A DNA stretch of 64,000 bases from Lingula anatina. Its lineage: Eukaryota; Animalia; Brachiopoda. The stretch lies in contig CM120640.1 in NCBI GenBank assembly GCA_051362555.1, forward strand, positions 7,316,001-7,380,000, read 5' to 3'. Shown in pieces: positions 46,942 to 62,400 of the stretch (the first letter of the stretch is position 1; each line of letters opens with the position of its first letter). The notes beneath the pieces are model-generated. The model was not told the origin of the DNA and searched no databases. It worked only from the letters and a program-made list of their open reading frames with translations. The position numbers and the translations under genes are program-made.

Positions 46942-49900
46942 ATGGGAGACCGAATACCCGCGCAAGATTCCAGTGCGAATCTCTTGGTAAGTGTCTCTGA
47001 ATTTCATTGATGAATGCTAATGTTTACTGATCAGCCCAGCGCGGCATGATCGTTTCGTGGCGATGGCTGGATACTACGCTGTGTTTTCCCTTTCTTAAGT
47101 ACTGCTTCACATATGTCGTCAAGTATTCTAGGAAGATAATTTGACTAACTTATTTTTATCGAAATAACTTCTAAAAAGTATCAGTTTCTTGGGTGACATG
47201 ATGTCATTTTGTGTATTAGCGTGTTGAGTGGACACAATTGAGGGGTAAAACGAGTGCATATTGAGTATAAACAAAGCAGTCCACGACCATGTGCTTTACC
47301 TTGCTGGTGGCGGGAGGGGAAATGGGTCCCACCCAAAGCAGGGTCGCTCGATTTTACATGTTGATCAAGTTTTTCAACAAAGATATACTTCCACATTTCT
47401 TATATATTCCAATGGAAACTTGTCCTAAACATGTCGGAACCATAGGCTAATTGGTGATTATTGATTTTTAAACGTTTCGTACTACATCATGTATGACGCT
47501 ATGTTTTTGCTGACAGACTTTTATATATCTATGAAGAGCGATCTACACGTGAATATTTCTTGGTAGAAATCAACGAGTATAGTAAATTTTAAAACTATAA
47601 CTTTGTAATCATGCTTAAAAGAAGATTTTTACAATCACATTTTATGAAAATGTCTTTGAAATGGAACGATTCATTTGAACATCTGAGGCTGTTAGATGTA
47701 ATTTGATTTCAGTGGTAAGTTATGAAATTGTGTACTTTTCTGCAGTATATCCTCATTATTCCCTTTATAGATACTTACCTATGATGACATTGGTAAAATA
47801 TTGAAAAGTATATTCATGTTGAACTAGAATTGGAGATCTTTTATCAAATTAAGGATAGGTAAAAAGCAAATACTGGTTGGGTTTGTATGTTGTTTATATA
47901 AACGTTGTGCTTAAGTCTCATTCCACATGTGTGGGCTGGGCAGGTATTTGAAGACGTTTTTGTTATGTGACAGCAGCAGCTGAATATTTCTACAGACTGA
48001 AACCATTTTAAAGGTTACATATATCAGTATAGAAAAAAGAAGGAAAAAAGATATACGTACCTTTGATTATAACTTGACATTGTTATCACACAACCAAGAA
48101 TTACATACACTAAAACAGTTTACTGCATTGCAAAAAACACTGGCAATTTTTTACAGATTTTGGCTTTTTTTTTAAATTAATTATTATTATTATTTGTTTG
48201 TTTGTTTGTTTGTGAAGCAATTAGTTAACATAGATTAGCTTCCCCCATTCCTCAATGCTAAGTTTGATTTATCCAATTTGAGTCTAGGGGTGATAAAATG
48301 GACTGGATTTTTCCTCATGGTTTAATGTTTTTGGTCGTATGTGTAAATTGTCTGTAAAACTTGTCTTCGCTATCACAAGAGGGCTACTGTAGCTAGAGTA
48401 AACGGATAGTATTTTATTGATATGAGCGATTGCTTAGGGTTTTAAGTATAATCGTTATCTCAATGTGAAGTGATTGTAAGAGGTCCAAATTAGTTTACAT
48501 TTTGATAACCATTTGAATGGGTGGATGCAACCTGAAATGCACCCTTCTTGTAATAATTTTATGTTCTATTGCCACATGAATACCATACTGAAATGACTGT
48601 TTTTTAATTTGGCTGAAGCTTATGCATTTGATAAGGAAGAATTTCTGCCTCTTGTTGATGTCGCATTCATATATTGTCAAATTAATCTTTTGGACCTCTC
48701 CCTGGTTGTTATGTTTTGTCTGTCAACAAATGGAGCAAATTTACAAGAACACCTATTGTAGCACACAGGAGCACAACAAACCTAATCTGAGGCATACACG
48801 CAAGGGGCTATCCAGACAGTCTTTGAAGTCTCCTTACACCGTCTGACCTACTGAGATCAGCTAGATTGATATGGGCCTATTATCTCTCACCTTTTGGCTG
48901 TGTTGTTTCCGCCTTCCATTCATGACTTACACCTATTTAATGTTTAGGGTTGGGCTACAGTTTTGTCCCATTGATTGCAAAATTGAAATTACTATTACAC
49001 ATTCTTTCTACATCTTTGAGACAATATGGTCTTTTTCAAATATTTATATGTCATCTTGCATTGTATAATTTCCTTTATGTTTATTCATTGACTATATGGC
49101 TTGAATTGACAAATTCCATCTGGCTATTTGACCGTAAGAGTAACTGTGTGGTCCTAAAGTACCAGTACTTGACTATTTTAATGCTAATTGGGTTGTATTG
49201 AAATGGTTGAAAGAAAAACAGACAGAATAAACACATCCAAAATGTCCATATGTTTGATTTACTCAGTTGAGTGACAAAGCACTCCAGACTAATTTGCCGT
49301 TAATATGGTTCTAGATATGATAGACTATATGAAATGATATATTTATATATAATGCATGAAATAAGTTGGTGTCTGGAGGCTGGTTCATAATTATCTAATA
49401 TATGCAAGAACATCTGTTAGAAGTATGCAAGTAAAGCAGCCACCGTGATTCATACACTGGCTTTAACCAGCTTTGTTTATCAACACAACCTAGTTCAATA
49501 CGATCAAAACATTGAGGTCATGTGACTCCGTATTGCATCAGCAATATATGCGCTGTACATCAATGAAGGCAGGAAACAGATTGTAATTAATGACAGTGTT
49601 ATGAACCTAGGGAGGGAGGGGTCATCAGTGTATAATCTTTAGTTAATAGAATATGTTTTATTAATATGATTAATTCATTAGTCTTTTTTTTTTTCATTAC
49701 CCAGAGGGTTAAATGATAAAGTGCAAAATTCTTGAAAATATAAACATACATATGACTCATGGTAGCATCATTTTCAATGAAGATGTTTTAAGATCATTCT
49801 GTCCAGTTGCCTTAATGGGATAAATCTTGTTGCTTACATCCCAGAGTCACGTGTGGCTGAGGAGCACCAGACATATTACAAACTACTTTCTCTTCTGAGA

Positions 49901-52900
49901 ATTGATTTCTCGTCAGTGTTATGGTCTAAGCACTGGCAGACTGCCAGCTAATCAGCTTTTATTAATCCCACTGATATGATGTGGATATTTTCATACTGGG
50001 GTCAGATAGGTAAAATTTCAGCGAATTAATATTTTAAAAAAGTGGTATTAAACCAGGCACTGGCTGTGATATTTAAAGATCTAGTATAAAATTGTAAAGT
50101 TCAAAATGACCTCAGACTGCATGTATTTTCTATACACACTACAGTGAACAATGAATCCCTCTCCTTGCAGTACACAAATCTGGCATGATTGACTTCCAAT
50201 GTATTCATCACCAGGTGTGGTACAGACATGCAAAGGTTATTTTATGGTCAACTTCAGTCTCAAATACATATAGTCACATTCCTGGTTTCTGGTAGCAATA
50301 TCCTAAAGGCATGTACCTTTATGGGAACATTTTTCATCAACGGCCATGCAAGCAAAAATATCAGAATTTCTTTATGATATGTACTGCACTCAGTTTATTT
50401 ATTTCGAAGTGTATGCTAGCTGTCTGTCCTATAACTCTACCACTGCCAGCATTCATTATGTTCAGATACACGCCTGCATGTACACAGTGCATAGCTATTA
50501 CACTGTCATTTCCACCCCCATGTTGTGACCTGGTTTTTGGACTTTTTTTTTCACAAACACTCTAAATATCTGAGTTAACATTGATATAGCAGAGAAAATA
50601 TGAAATGTAAGTTTCTCTAGATTGGAAACTTGACTTGTGCAGTTCCATTGAGTACACTGATCACATTGCATGCTATGTATGAAATATCTTCTAGTATGTA
50701 ACTTTTTTCCGTTCTGCCTGCCTCCAGGTGGTGTGTCGATATGTATGGAGTACTGCTGTACTTGTACTACTAGTGTCAGTTGATTTTAGTAACCATTTTC
50801 CATGTTAAGGTCTGTTATGCTTGGCACTAAAAGTGCACTTCGGCATCTTCAAAGATCAGTTGTAGAAATTGGTAACAATATTGCAAATGTTTTCTTATGC
50901 AAATAAGCACTTTTGTGTTATTAATGTATTGAATAAGACCTGCGGTCACTGCATCTAGGCATACGCATTTGTCTTTTGTGTTTTAACAAAAGTTCTCCTG
51001 CCAAGCCCCCAAATATAAACCAATCAGATACAAGGACAAGGACCAACGCCTCCAGGAGAGTTTTTGTCAAGGTCAATTTGTTTATATATTTTTAAAATGT
51101 TCTATCCAATAGAAGTCTTATTTCTGTAAAGATTTCTTATATCCATTCCATTGATAATATAATTGTAAAAAATTTGAGTGTTTACCTTATGCCTTTTTAA
51201 TGTAAATTTGTGACATTTACGTCATAGAAACTTTGAAGGTTAATGTGTGTAATGTGATCTAGATCCACCATGACACTTAAACATACAAACAAACACCAAT
51301 TTCTGACAAAATGTATTTTGTTTAACATTCTTCTGATATTGAAATATTACTTTAGAATAAACGTGTTCAAGTCAAAGATTTTGCATTGAAAATTATTTCA
51401 AAGCAACTCGGTTTTAAACAAATAAATATACCATAGTCACTCATAAGGTTTTAGAGTAAGTTTGGCAATGCCCGAGTGATATTGCCTTTACCCAAGCAGT
51501 TATGTCTGCAAACTGTGATTTATTACCATATGCTGAACATGTAAGCATGTGTCATTTCACATCAGATATTCATAATGGATTTGACAAATATTGCTGAAAT
51601 GGGTAGCCTGTTTTTGGTTGACTTTTTTGTTTTGTTAATTATCCATATTTCTTATTTCAGAGGAACACCAGCCGTGTTGAAATCGGAGAATATCAGGATG
51701 AAGTTCCGGATGGAATGTGGCTGGACAAGTCCCCAGACAGTTCTAAAAATGTAGGTGTTTGGCTAGACGCTTCTCTTTGTTTTCACCCTTCTCAACCAAG
51801 GTCATTAGTTTACTAGCACAAAGTTGCGTGTGTGTAGTTAGTTTGAGGCAAATTGGCTCCATTTGTTTTTCCATCAGTACCACAAAGTACATCATGCCCA
51901 AACAAGTTTGATTTTAATTCCAATAAGTTTGCAATACAATTGTTGTGACTTGCAGTTTGTTTTATCAAATCACTGACAACATTAGAAGAAGGAAAAAAAT
52001 ACGGATTGATAAAAAAAAATGAAAGATTTTTTTTTTCTTCATTTCTCTTCTTACTCCAAGTAAGGTAGTGCTGATTACAGCCAGGCACTCCTTAACATGT
52101 TATCCATCACTGAGGCATGACCACTGTGTTATCACCTGTGTGGCTGTCAAGATTAATGTGCACTATGCCTACATGGGTTTATGAGTGCACATGGTCTGCC
52201 TACTTTAACGGCCACTTAAACCTTATTGGCCTTAATGTCCACAACTGTTAAAATTGTTTGTCCAAACTGGAAGCCTAATGTATATAAGTGATGCTTTAAG
52301 CATTGAGAATTGTTATTGCTCAATTGATGGAGATCTTCCCTGTCCAATTCTTATCTTGTGAAGTGTCCCCAAACTTTAAGGGGAAGCGTTGACCCATGGA
52401 AGATGGCATTAGAGATTATGGGAAGCAGCAGTGCCTCCCATTTCATGGGTCAATGACGGCAGGGTGGAGGGCGGGAGATGAGGTGGATATCTGAGCAATA
52501 ATCAGTGTATGTGGGGTCAAGCAAGGAAGATGGTTTGAGGGATGACAAAAGAAAAATGACATACGCTACAGCCATTGCATGTGCTACGCCCTTGGATTTC
52601 AAAATGACATTTATACCCAATCCATCCAAGCGGTCAACAGGTGACCATTTGATGTTTGCTGTCATATCAGTTACAAGTAGATGATCTTGATGCTTGTACC
52701 ACTGGTTTTTGGTCCCAGCACATCAATGTGCCTGATCCCTCTTCATTGTTGTAATACTTCAGTACCACTCATGGCCATTAAAATTACCCATGTCTCGCCT
52801 AGTTCCTTTGTGGTTGTGCAGTTTGTGTAAAAGCCAAATGGCTCTTTTTACTGTATCGGCAATTTAAAGTGAAGATAAAAATACTCATGAACTTGATACT

Positions 52901-55900
52901 TTACATTTTTATTAATCAAAATAAGACACAAAGTAGTCACTCTTGCTGCTACCAATAAAGTGCTCTCTGTCTGGTTTGAAAAAAAAGTTATTCATGTATT
53001 TTAAAGGGATAATAACTCTTCGTTTTGACCAAAAATGGATTTTTCTGGAGTAAACAACAATTTTCCCATACTTACCAATGGTTAATGAATCCATTTTTAC
53101 ATTCAAAGTTAGTCCCCGTTTTTTTTTTCCTAAAAAGTTTTTGTTATAATCTCTTAAGAGATTATAACAGAGTATAGCCATCAATGGAGGTCACGTGGTC
53201 TGAAGACAAGCTCAGATATCAGAGTAGTAGCTATAACTGCCGTTTTTGTGGTACAACAGAATATATTATATTTCTATGAGTTGTTCACAATGTTTTTATT
53301 GTGAAATATAGATCTTATACCAAGAGTTATTATCCCTTTAAGTGAAAATGGACATTGATGAAGCAGTATATTTTTTGTTAATTTCTTTAATAACATTAAT
53401 ACCATGCCAAAAAATTACCGACAGAAAGGAACCCAAATAAAACTATTCTCAGTGGGGAAAAGTATGCTGCACTAAAAAAAGCCAGGCCAAGGTAAATCTG
53501 TTCTTATGAGCAGCTGTTGGTGTGTATGTGTGAGTTACAGACTGGGTGGTGCACTTAGGAAGTCGTGAGCCACAGCACGGAAAACAAAACTATGGTGAGT
53601 ACAGGGAGTTCCACTTGGCTGAAACCTCTGGGATGAATTAGACTAAGACAATGGACATAACCCTCAGTAACATGGGGTCATTTTGGAAGTAAAATAACAT
53701 CCCACTGACGTTTCGCTTACAGTAGAAGATGGGAGATTGCTCTTTGATAGAAATAACAGACTGTATCCTTAAGAGTAAGGATACCTGGTTTGGCATTTTC
53801 TTCTCACCTAAAGCCACCTCTTCACCAGATTGTAGTGTTAATAGACCATGTACTAGGGCAAAAAAACATAAACATGGTGTTGTTTCATGCTTATTTGTCT
53901 TAGAGTTTAGAACATAAGTCTGACCAGCGTCTTGATCATTAATTATTTTCCATATTTTAATATCTAGATCTGTCTGAAGCAATATGTACCCTACCCAGTC
54001 CCAGTACCACCAAATAGTATTCCCTCCTGTGCCTTCCTTTCAGTGTTTACTACAGACCAGAGGGTTCTGTTATGATGTAGTACTGCTGTGAACTGTGTTC
54101 TTTAGATTAACGCTGGGGTCTTGTGTTAAGTGTCATAAAAATGGTTTTTGTAATGTTTTTCTGATTCCTTCCTGTGAGATCAAATGGCAAAAACAAGACC
54201 CATTTTCATCCTAGTTGGATATGAGGCAAAGTGAGTTGTCTTATAATTAATAAAATGAACAAGTTTCAACAGCATTTTGAAGAAAAAAAAACAAACTTTT
54301 ATTAAATTATAGAGTGAAAAGTATTGCATCACCAGTTGTTTTAGAATACCCTTCAAATGTTATGAAGTGCAGCTCACTGCATCTACACATGGCTTTGGAT
54401 TGTGAATGCGGAGGCGTCTAATGTTGCACAGTCAGTCTGAGGAAGATATACTGCACTGATGGTAAATTGTCTGGCCAAATGTTACCTGTTGACCTCTTTT
54501 ATGTTCCATAGTATCAGAACACGATTCTGCTATTTTTTTTTTCACACATAAATGGTGTTGAGACTAGCATAGACAATGTGCTGTGGAGTCTGGGAGTGCA
54601 CAATATCAAGATTGGATGAAAGTCAGCACTAGACAACCCTGCCCTACCCAAGTCTGTAGATTAATCTAAAAACTGTACCCATGTAGCATTTTCACTGTTG
54701 ATACGTACATCTTTAGATCAGCATTTTATCTAGAAGTCTGTACTCTTGACTAAAAGTGAGGTAACATATTGAGGTTAAAAGAGCACTATGATATATTTAA
54801 AAAGATAGCAACCTTTACAGGAATCATATACTAGATATATCCCAAAAGGTTAGCCAAGATTATGTTTGGTTTTAGCCAAAGATATAATGCTGGGAATTGC
54901 AGAGGAAAGATAACTACTACAGTTTTTTTTAATTGTACGTAACTGTTGGCAGTAGATTTTTCCTAAGTATATGCAACTTGAAAATTAACCAGTAATCTTA
55001 TATAATATATTGTCCTCGTAATTATGTTTTGTTTGACTTGAAGATGAGACAAAACAATAACAGGACTTTGAAACAGTGCTTCGTAGGCCTAAAATGCTAT
55101 ATTGCAAATAAACACTGCTGAATGTGCCAGGTCTTATTTTGAAACTTTGCTTCAAATCATTCACTGATGTCTTCTCTTTATGAATTGCAGACAAGTCCAC
55201 CTGGTTATCAGATAGTGGTAGAAACACCGACTGGTAATGCAGAATACGAAGATGACATTAACGTCTTGGCGAGCAGCACGCAGCCACTGCGTATGGACTT
55301 CGAGGACACAAAAGATGATGACGAAGATGAAGAAAAAGATGACGAAGATCCACATAAACCGAGAGGCAACTGGGGTGGGCGCTTCGACTTCCTTGTATCT
55401 CTTCTAGGATATTCAGTTGGTCTAGGGAATGTATGGAGGTTTCCCTACCTAGCATACCAAAATGGAGGAGGTTAGTTTTTTGCAACCACACTAGCTCTCT
55501 GGCAGACATTTAAGCAGTCTGGCCTGTGATACACTCTTATGCTATGTACTACTAGGTTTGTCACTTGCTTTTGTGATCAACTGTATCGCCTTGCCAAATT
55601 CGCAATTAAAACAACATATTAGTTTAAATGTTATGTAGTTCAGTGGTACTTACTTTAGGTACATGTATGTCGAGGAATTACCTTCGTTTGATGTCATGCC
55701 ATTTCATTTGTTTGTAAGGTGTATGTTTTTAGAAAACAGAAAGGGTTTGCAGATTTTCTTGTCTTCAAACAATTAAATTAGAAAAAAAAACCTTTGAAAG
55801 ATTTTTCAGTGCATAGTTATATGTATCTAAAATGATAAATCTAGAACTTTGAACCTATCTTTTATGGTGATGAACTGACTGCACCTTCATTTCCTTGCAC

Positions 55901-58900
55901 CTGTGGTGACATACGTACATGAACTGAAACCTTAAATCATAAGACAAAGGTACCAAGTGACCAATTCTCCATCAAATTAAAAAGAAAAAAGATAAATTAC
56001 CAGACATTCAGCTATGCCTTCATCTTGCGCACATTTGTTAAATGGTGGTGTGGTGTGGTGTGGTCTGTTGCAAGGTATATGTTCTCCAGAAATAATGACT
56101 GTACTGGTGGCTTCCACGCTAAATAATCATGACTGTGGAAAGTTCATGTGTCTGGTCACTTGCAATGAAATCAATATATTTTGTGCTGTTTAAGAAGAAC
56201 TGCTGAAAATCGGTGAATGGTCGACACGAAACACCTACTTAGAATAGTTATGAGTTGACTGGAAACTGTCTGATTGTCAGATGCCTCTGCTACTTATGAT
56301 GGTTACTAGTACTGTGATTTTAAATTTTTACTATTTCTCCAACAACGTTTTAACTAGGTTGTTATTTTGAATAAAACAACAAGTCTAGGCATCATTTTTT
56401 TAGCATTATTTTTTATGAAGGCAATTATTTTCTGCATTTATGGTTCTTACACAGTGAATGTGGCACGGTGATTAAGTCTATCTCATCAGTGTGTGGTATA
56501 TGTGGGTTGACAACCATGGTAATTGCTACATTGTAGCAATATTGTTATGTTGATAATATGACCATGGAACGTGTGAAGTAAGTCAACTTGTACATCATTA
56601 CAAATCCTTTGTATGTCTGAGACTGATGATTTCACGTGATACAGACATGCCTCAAAAGTGATTTAGGAAAAATGTACCGCAATATGTCAGGCAGTCTTTC
56701 GTCTAAGAGCTGATCTGAAGGTTAACTCTAGCTGTACAGCCAGATATATAAAGGCGGCATAGGGAACTTAAAATGGCAGATGTAGAAGTTTACATATCAA
56801 AACGTTCTTGAATTCTTTAAGCCATGTTCTTTTGATATTCAGTTTAAAACATTCTGTTGCAAGTTTTTCAGTTCACGTCTTTCTCTTCCATTTTCAAGTG
56901 CAGCAATTTTGTTAGAAGGATTTGAAACCAAAGTTAAAGATCAGTATAATGGTTTGTAATAATTTCATTGGATTTTAAATTAGAGCAGAAGTTCTTTTCA
57001 ACAAAATGGAAAGTCCGGATTTTTACTTATGTTTGACATTGCTTTCTCACCTTGAAGTGTTACATTATTGACAACAAATATCGAATATGTATTTGGTATT
57101 TTTCATGAGGACACAAGACTAGGGCTGTGGCAGCAGAAAACATGTGTACATCACACCTCATATTGTGACTTCATAATGACTTGCAGATTCCAAACACATT
57201 GTTTACTTAACCTGTTCCGTCTGGGTCAAGTTAAGTTTTAAGTAGTTATGATAGCAGAGTAACAGTAGTATAACATATGCAGTAGTCCAGGTAACATAGT
57301 TACTTGTGCTCACACTCACATACACTCATAGCTTGTTTGTATACACAGGGCATGGATTCCTATGTTTGGAACACGAAATCCCCGAAATTTGACACCCAAT
57401 TAAAATGGATGAACATTAAAAATGTGTTAGTTTTGGATTACCTGTAAAATATTTTATGAAGTGATCTTAGAATCAAGTAGGAAACATGGTGCATATATGA
57501 ATGAATATTTTCTACAAATTTGTAAATGTCCTGATATACCTGCAGAGATGAAAATTAATGTTTGAATATTTGTTTTTCTTTCTTGATTAAACATTAAGTC
57601 AGTTCAGTCTGTTAAAAAGGCTAGGGTCGTAGCAACAGTCTGTTCCAAAACAGGAGAAATAGTCATAGCACAGTGTTTTACTGAAATGAAACATTGTTAT
57701 AAATACTGGCAGTGCAGTACCGTCTTGTGCTATGATCCAGGTAGAGAACAGCATTATGTAATACCAGTGCCTCTGAAAAATGATTTGGATAGAGGTTGAC
57801 AGGTGTCTGTGGAGAGAGACAGAAGTAAGGTACACTGTAAGGGATAACCTTCATCATGGACAGCACATTTTTCAGCTAACACTGACTCCTTTATTGTACT
57901 CATGGAGATGTCAGGGAGTAAGATTGATTTACCGCTATCTGTTATGAAAATGACATTAATTTCATATAGAATAAGAACATGATGAATTTTTCAAAGTTCG
58001 CATGAGCAGGCCTCTCCCTTACAAGACATTTGCATGCATTTCACACATATTTCTTGCCATTGATTGATCTGACAAAACTAAATAAAGACTTTGATTTATA
58101 TTTTGGGACTGTCACTCGATAGTTGAATGTCTAAGCAGTAGAAAAAATGGTGTTGGGCAACATTAATTTTTAGTAAACTTCTTTGGTAAAATTACTTTTG
58201 TAGATTTTATTAATAAAAAATTTAATGAGAGTGTAGACTGGAATATGACATATAATTTAGAAAACATTTACTCAGTCTGTTTAATGTCCAGAACATTTAA
58301 TAGTAAACCAAACAAATCTGCATATAGCATGTCATAATCTATTATATTTTTTATTTCAGGTGCCTTTGTGATTCCATTCATTATAATGTTAATTTTGGTC
58401 GGCATCCCACTCATGTTCATGGAAATGGCGTTTGGGCAGTATGCCAGCTTAGGACCCACTGCAATATTTGGAAAGTTCTGTCCCTTATTTCATGGTAAGT
58501 ATTTCTGGGTGCTCTCTCCCCCCCCCCCTCTCAATGAGGAAAAGTGAATTTGGATTATATGCTATTTGCCTCTGAAACTGCTTTGACTGCCTCAGTGATC
58601 CTGGAAAGTGCTGTATATCCAAAGAAACATTAGAATACGCCAAGCATTTCCTCTGCTTTCTTTCTTTCTTTTCTGAAGAGATTCATGTTATGACATTTGT
58701 TGAGAAACCGAACTATTAAATGGCAAACAAATAATCTCCTGTTTTGTCTTATGATTGCTGAAAAGGTCACACATTTTTAAACATATTTGTCTCAGTTAGC
58801 TGTATTGGTTTTGTGTTGAATTATGAGAAATTTGACATTCATTTTCTCATTCTCCAGCATAATATGTTTTTTGATGTGCAGCATGGCACTATCCACATTA

Positions 58901-59445
58901 AGGAGGGAGGGGTAAGGGGGGGAGAGAGAAAATTAAGTACCAGGTGGTATTTATTAATTTGCTTCAACATTGGAACAGGTGTTAAGCGCCTCATTAGCTC
59001 TTGTATTGACGTGCAAAGAGCGGAGAATCCTCCTGTGAGGCTTTACTTTTTTTTTAAGTAGAACATTACATTGTAAATAAACAGTTGACTTTGTCGTCAG
59101 CTTTCTAAAATATTCCCTCTCTTACGCAGTTTATTACCTCATGAATATCTGTGATACTTTGAATTATTTATTTTGTGAAGGTGGTTGATGAAATAATAAC
59201 ACTTCATATTTCCATGTGGGAAGTGCCCTGAAGATGAATTTTCAACATAAGGAATAACTTAGCGTTTGATTCTGACTACCAGGTCAACATCCTGTGTGCT
59301 GATGTGTTTTGGGTTACCTGTCTCAAAACAAATAAAGCTGTTTTCTAAGTTAAATGTAAACCTCTACATGACCTTACATCAAATATGCTTTGATAGCCTA
59401 TCTACTATTTACTAGATTATTACAGGCTGTAGTTGAAAAAAGGGA

Positions 59446-59480
<35 letters not shown>

Positions 59481-62400
59481 ATGTATTCATATAAAATGTA
59501 TAAGTTTTTGGAAAAGAAAAAAAAAACCAAGCAGACCACATTTCTATTTTCTATGCTCCTGGTGTTATAATGTTACATTGTATTGAAGCATTGATGATAT
59601 GCTAATGTAGGTTGGGTAGCATACTGTACAGTGAGGCCCTCTGGGTATCAACAACAACATATGGGGAAATGTTAATTGACTTTCTCACCCTTAAAGGGTA
59701 ATTCTACTTTGAAGTGATGCCAGAATCAATTTTCCTTGAATGTATTTTCTAAGAACTGATGACACTCCAGGAATACAGAGTGATTATTATTTGACTTGGC
59801 AATGATATTTGAACATGATGATTGTGTTGTTTTTGTCGTGATTCTTTTGAATTGTGTTAGTAATTTGCTCTGTGCCAGGTTATATTGATTGATGACAAGG
59901 TCAAAAAGTTCATTTTCTGTTAGATAAAATATCATATCAAATAAAAATATTTCTGTAATAATGTTTTCTTTTATTCAGTGTTTCATTTGTAATACTATTA
60001 TATTTACTTATATGCTCATCTCTTTTACTGTGTTTCTTAAACTTTCAATAAATGTTTAATGTATTGCGTGTATTATTCTCTAGGTCTGGGATTTGGCATG
60101 GTTATAATATCTGGGGTTGTATCACTGTACTACAATGTGATTCTGGCGTGGACAATCTTCTATATAGCAGCCACATTCACCTCTGTGTTGCCATGGGAAC
60201 ATTGCGATCCTCAGTGGGCAACACACGGTAAGTTAATCCCCCTCCCACTACCTTTCTATTTTTTGTTAATATAAATAGCTTGTTTCATAACATGTTTCTG
60301 AAGATTACTAGACATTTAGTTCAGATGATGTATATGCACGTTTTCTTGACTTTATGTCTAGCCTTAATTTCTACAACTAAGATTACTACAAGTACAAGCA
60401 TTCTTCGCGTGCTCACTAAATAGATTACCCCTTCCCTAAGTTGTGGTATAACATAGTGTGTTCATAACATGTTTGTTGTCTTTCTAATTTGCTCATTAGA
60501 CATTGTAATTCCCACCTCTCTGCAACAACACAATGAAGAAGGATGTCTAGACAACAAATTAAGACCATAAGATACAATGTGCTGTATAATACATTGTGGG
60601 GGAACTGATGTGCACCCACACCATAAAACTGTAGGTGACTTAGATTGACTTTTTTCACTGCTCATAGCTTTTCAGGAATATGTGTGATAAAGACAAAAAA
60701 AGAATTGCTAAAATTCCATTAATGGGGATGAACTGACATGACTGATCAGCACATTTTTGCATTCTGTGATTTCCAAAATGTAGGATGGCCCCCGACAACA
60801 TAAACCCCATGACCTGTTCAATAACACTCCATGATGTAAGCTATCTGTTGTTAGCTCTCTGTTTTTATCCAGTATACTAATGATGAATGTTACAGCTTGG
60901 CGGCCTATCTTATATGGTGATAGAGATCTCAGCAGTTGGTGGCCATCTTTCTGGACACTCCTGGTGATTGAACTAGAAGAACTTTGGCTGCAACAGAGAC
61001 TGATAATTTTCATCCATCAAACTGCATTTTTTCTGAAAATGTGACCTTCTCTACCCTTTGTAAAAATATAAATTTGCCCTTGCTACTTATCTAATGATAA
61101 CAAAAACTGACCCAAAATATTTTGAGTGCTATCAGTTAATTTTGTATATGAAGTCCCCTTTGCCAGCTACAAAAAATTAATTTGATGAAAATTTTACTCA
61201 GTTGATATCATATTTATACTTCTCCAATGTTTAAGCACACGTACATTCCTTTTCTTTGTTGTTCTCTGTTCCTCAATTAATTGTTTCTTAGAAAATTGTC
61301 TTGGGGATAACCTTCTTGTAAATAAAATCCCATGATGTATTATGTCAGAATAGTGTATTATGTATGTTTAACCATTACAAAACAAGGACTCAGTAGAGTC
61401 ATGACCACTTTCTGTAACAAGATCTATGGAAAAGTGTATACTTAGAGGTATCTACTTTGGCTGAGTACAGTCTGTAGTATCTGGCACCAATTTGACCAGG
61501 ATTCCTGCATTGTTTTTTCATGCAGTTATGGTTACCACAATCAGCAGGGGATGAATTGATACAGAACCACTTGTCTATGGATAGGGAATTTGGGATCATG
61601 TCAAGAATATACCACCCAGTCTCTGAATTCTTTCCAGACTCTTTGTCTGGTATTTTTTTTTTCTTATGCCTTCCTTTGTACTGTTTGTTATTGCTGTTAT
61701 TATTAATTCTGAGAATGATTTCTCCGTTTGGATAGTGTCCAACTTTGGTGGACATGATTCCATAAAATCCTTGAAACGCAGCCAATTTATAGACATTTAT
61801 TGCACTCACAGTTGTAAACCCAATTTCTGTACATCCACACCTTGATCACTTTTAGTAACGTGGAATGTTAGATTACGAGCATGCAGTGGTAGGGAAGAGT
61901 TAAGGGTCTTGCTATGATGTCAACGACCATGGACCCATGTGTGTTTTGGCTTTTTCCCCCCATTGAAGCCATCCAAGGAATGTTCTCAAGTTGTCCAATG
62001 AAAACATGCCAACAGGTTATGTTCTTTCAACAATGTGAAGGATTACTATTTACATACAACATCATGTTGTTAGCATAACTGTCTTTTTATCATGTCTTGT
62101 CCGAAGTTCATGTTTCATAGTAAGGTGCCTCGTACTGTTACATGTGAGGCATTTGGTATATGTCCATTGCCTAAGTCATAGTCGAATTATGCTCTTAAAA
62201 ACAAATGTGTAAATTGCAATGCATAAATAAATGTTTGATAAGTTTTACAAAATTCTAGTTAAGCAGTTTCAGAAATTGTAAATAAAAGCTTGAGTAACAA
62301 TTGATTTAGAGTCCGACAGATTTTGGAAGGTTTGTTACTACAAGTAAATTGATTTGAAGTAGCATTTTGAAGTAGTAAAATGGCATAAGTGTTCAAACAC

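Noticed and set aside
52400-52800. Coding-like stretch in an SLC6 intron
   Set aside because: No recognisable domain or splice-consistent frame; probably decayed repeat.
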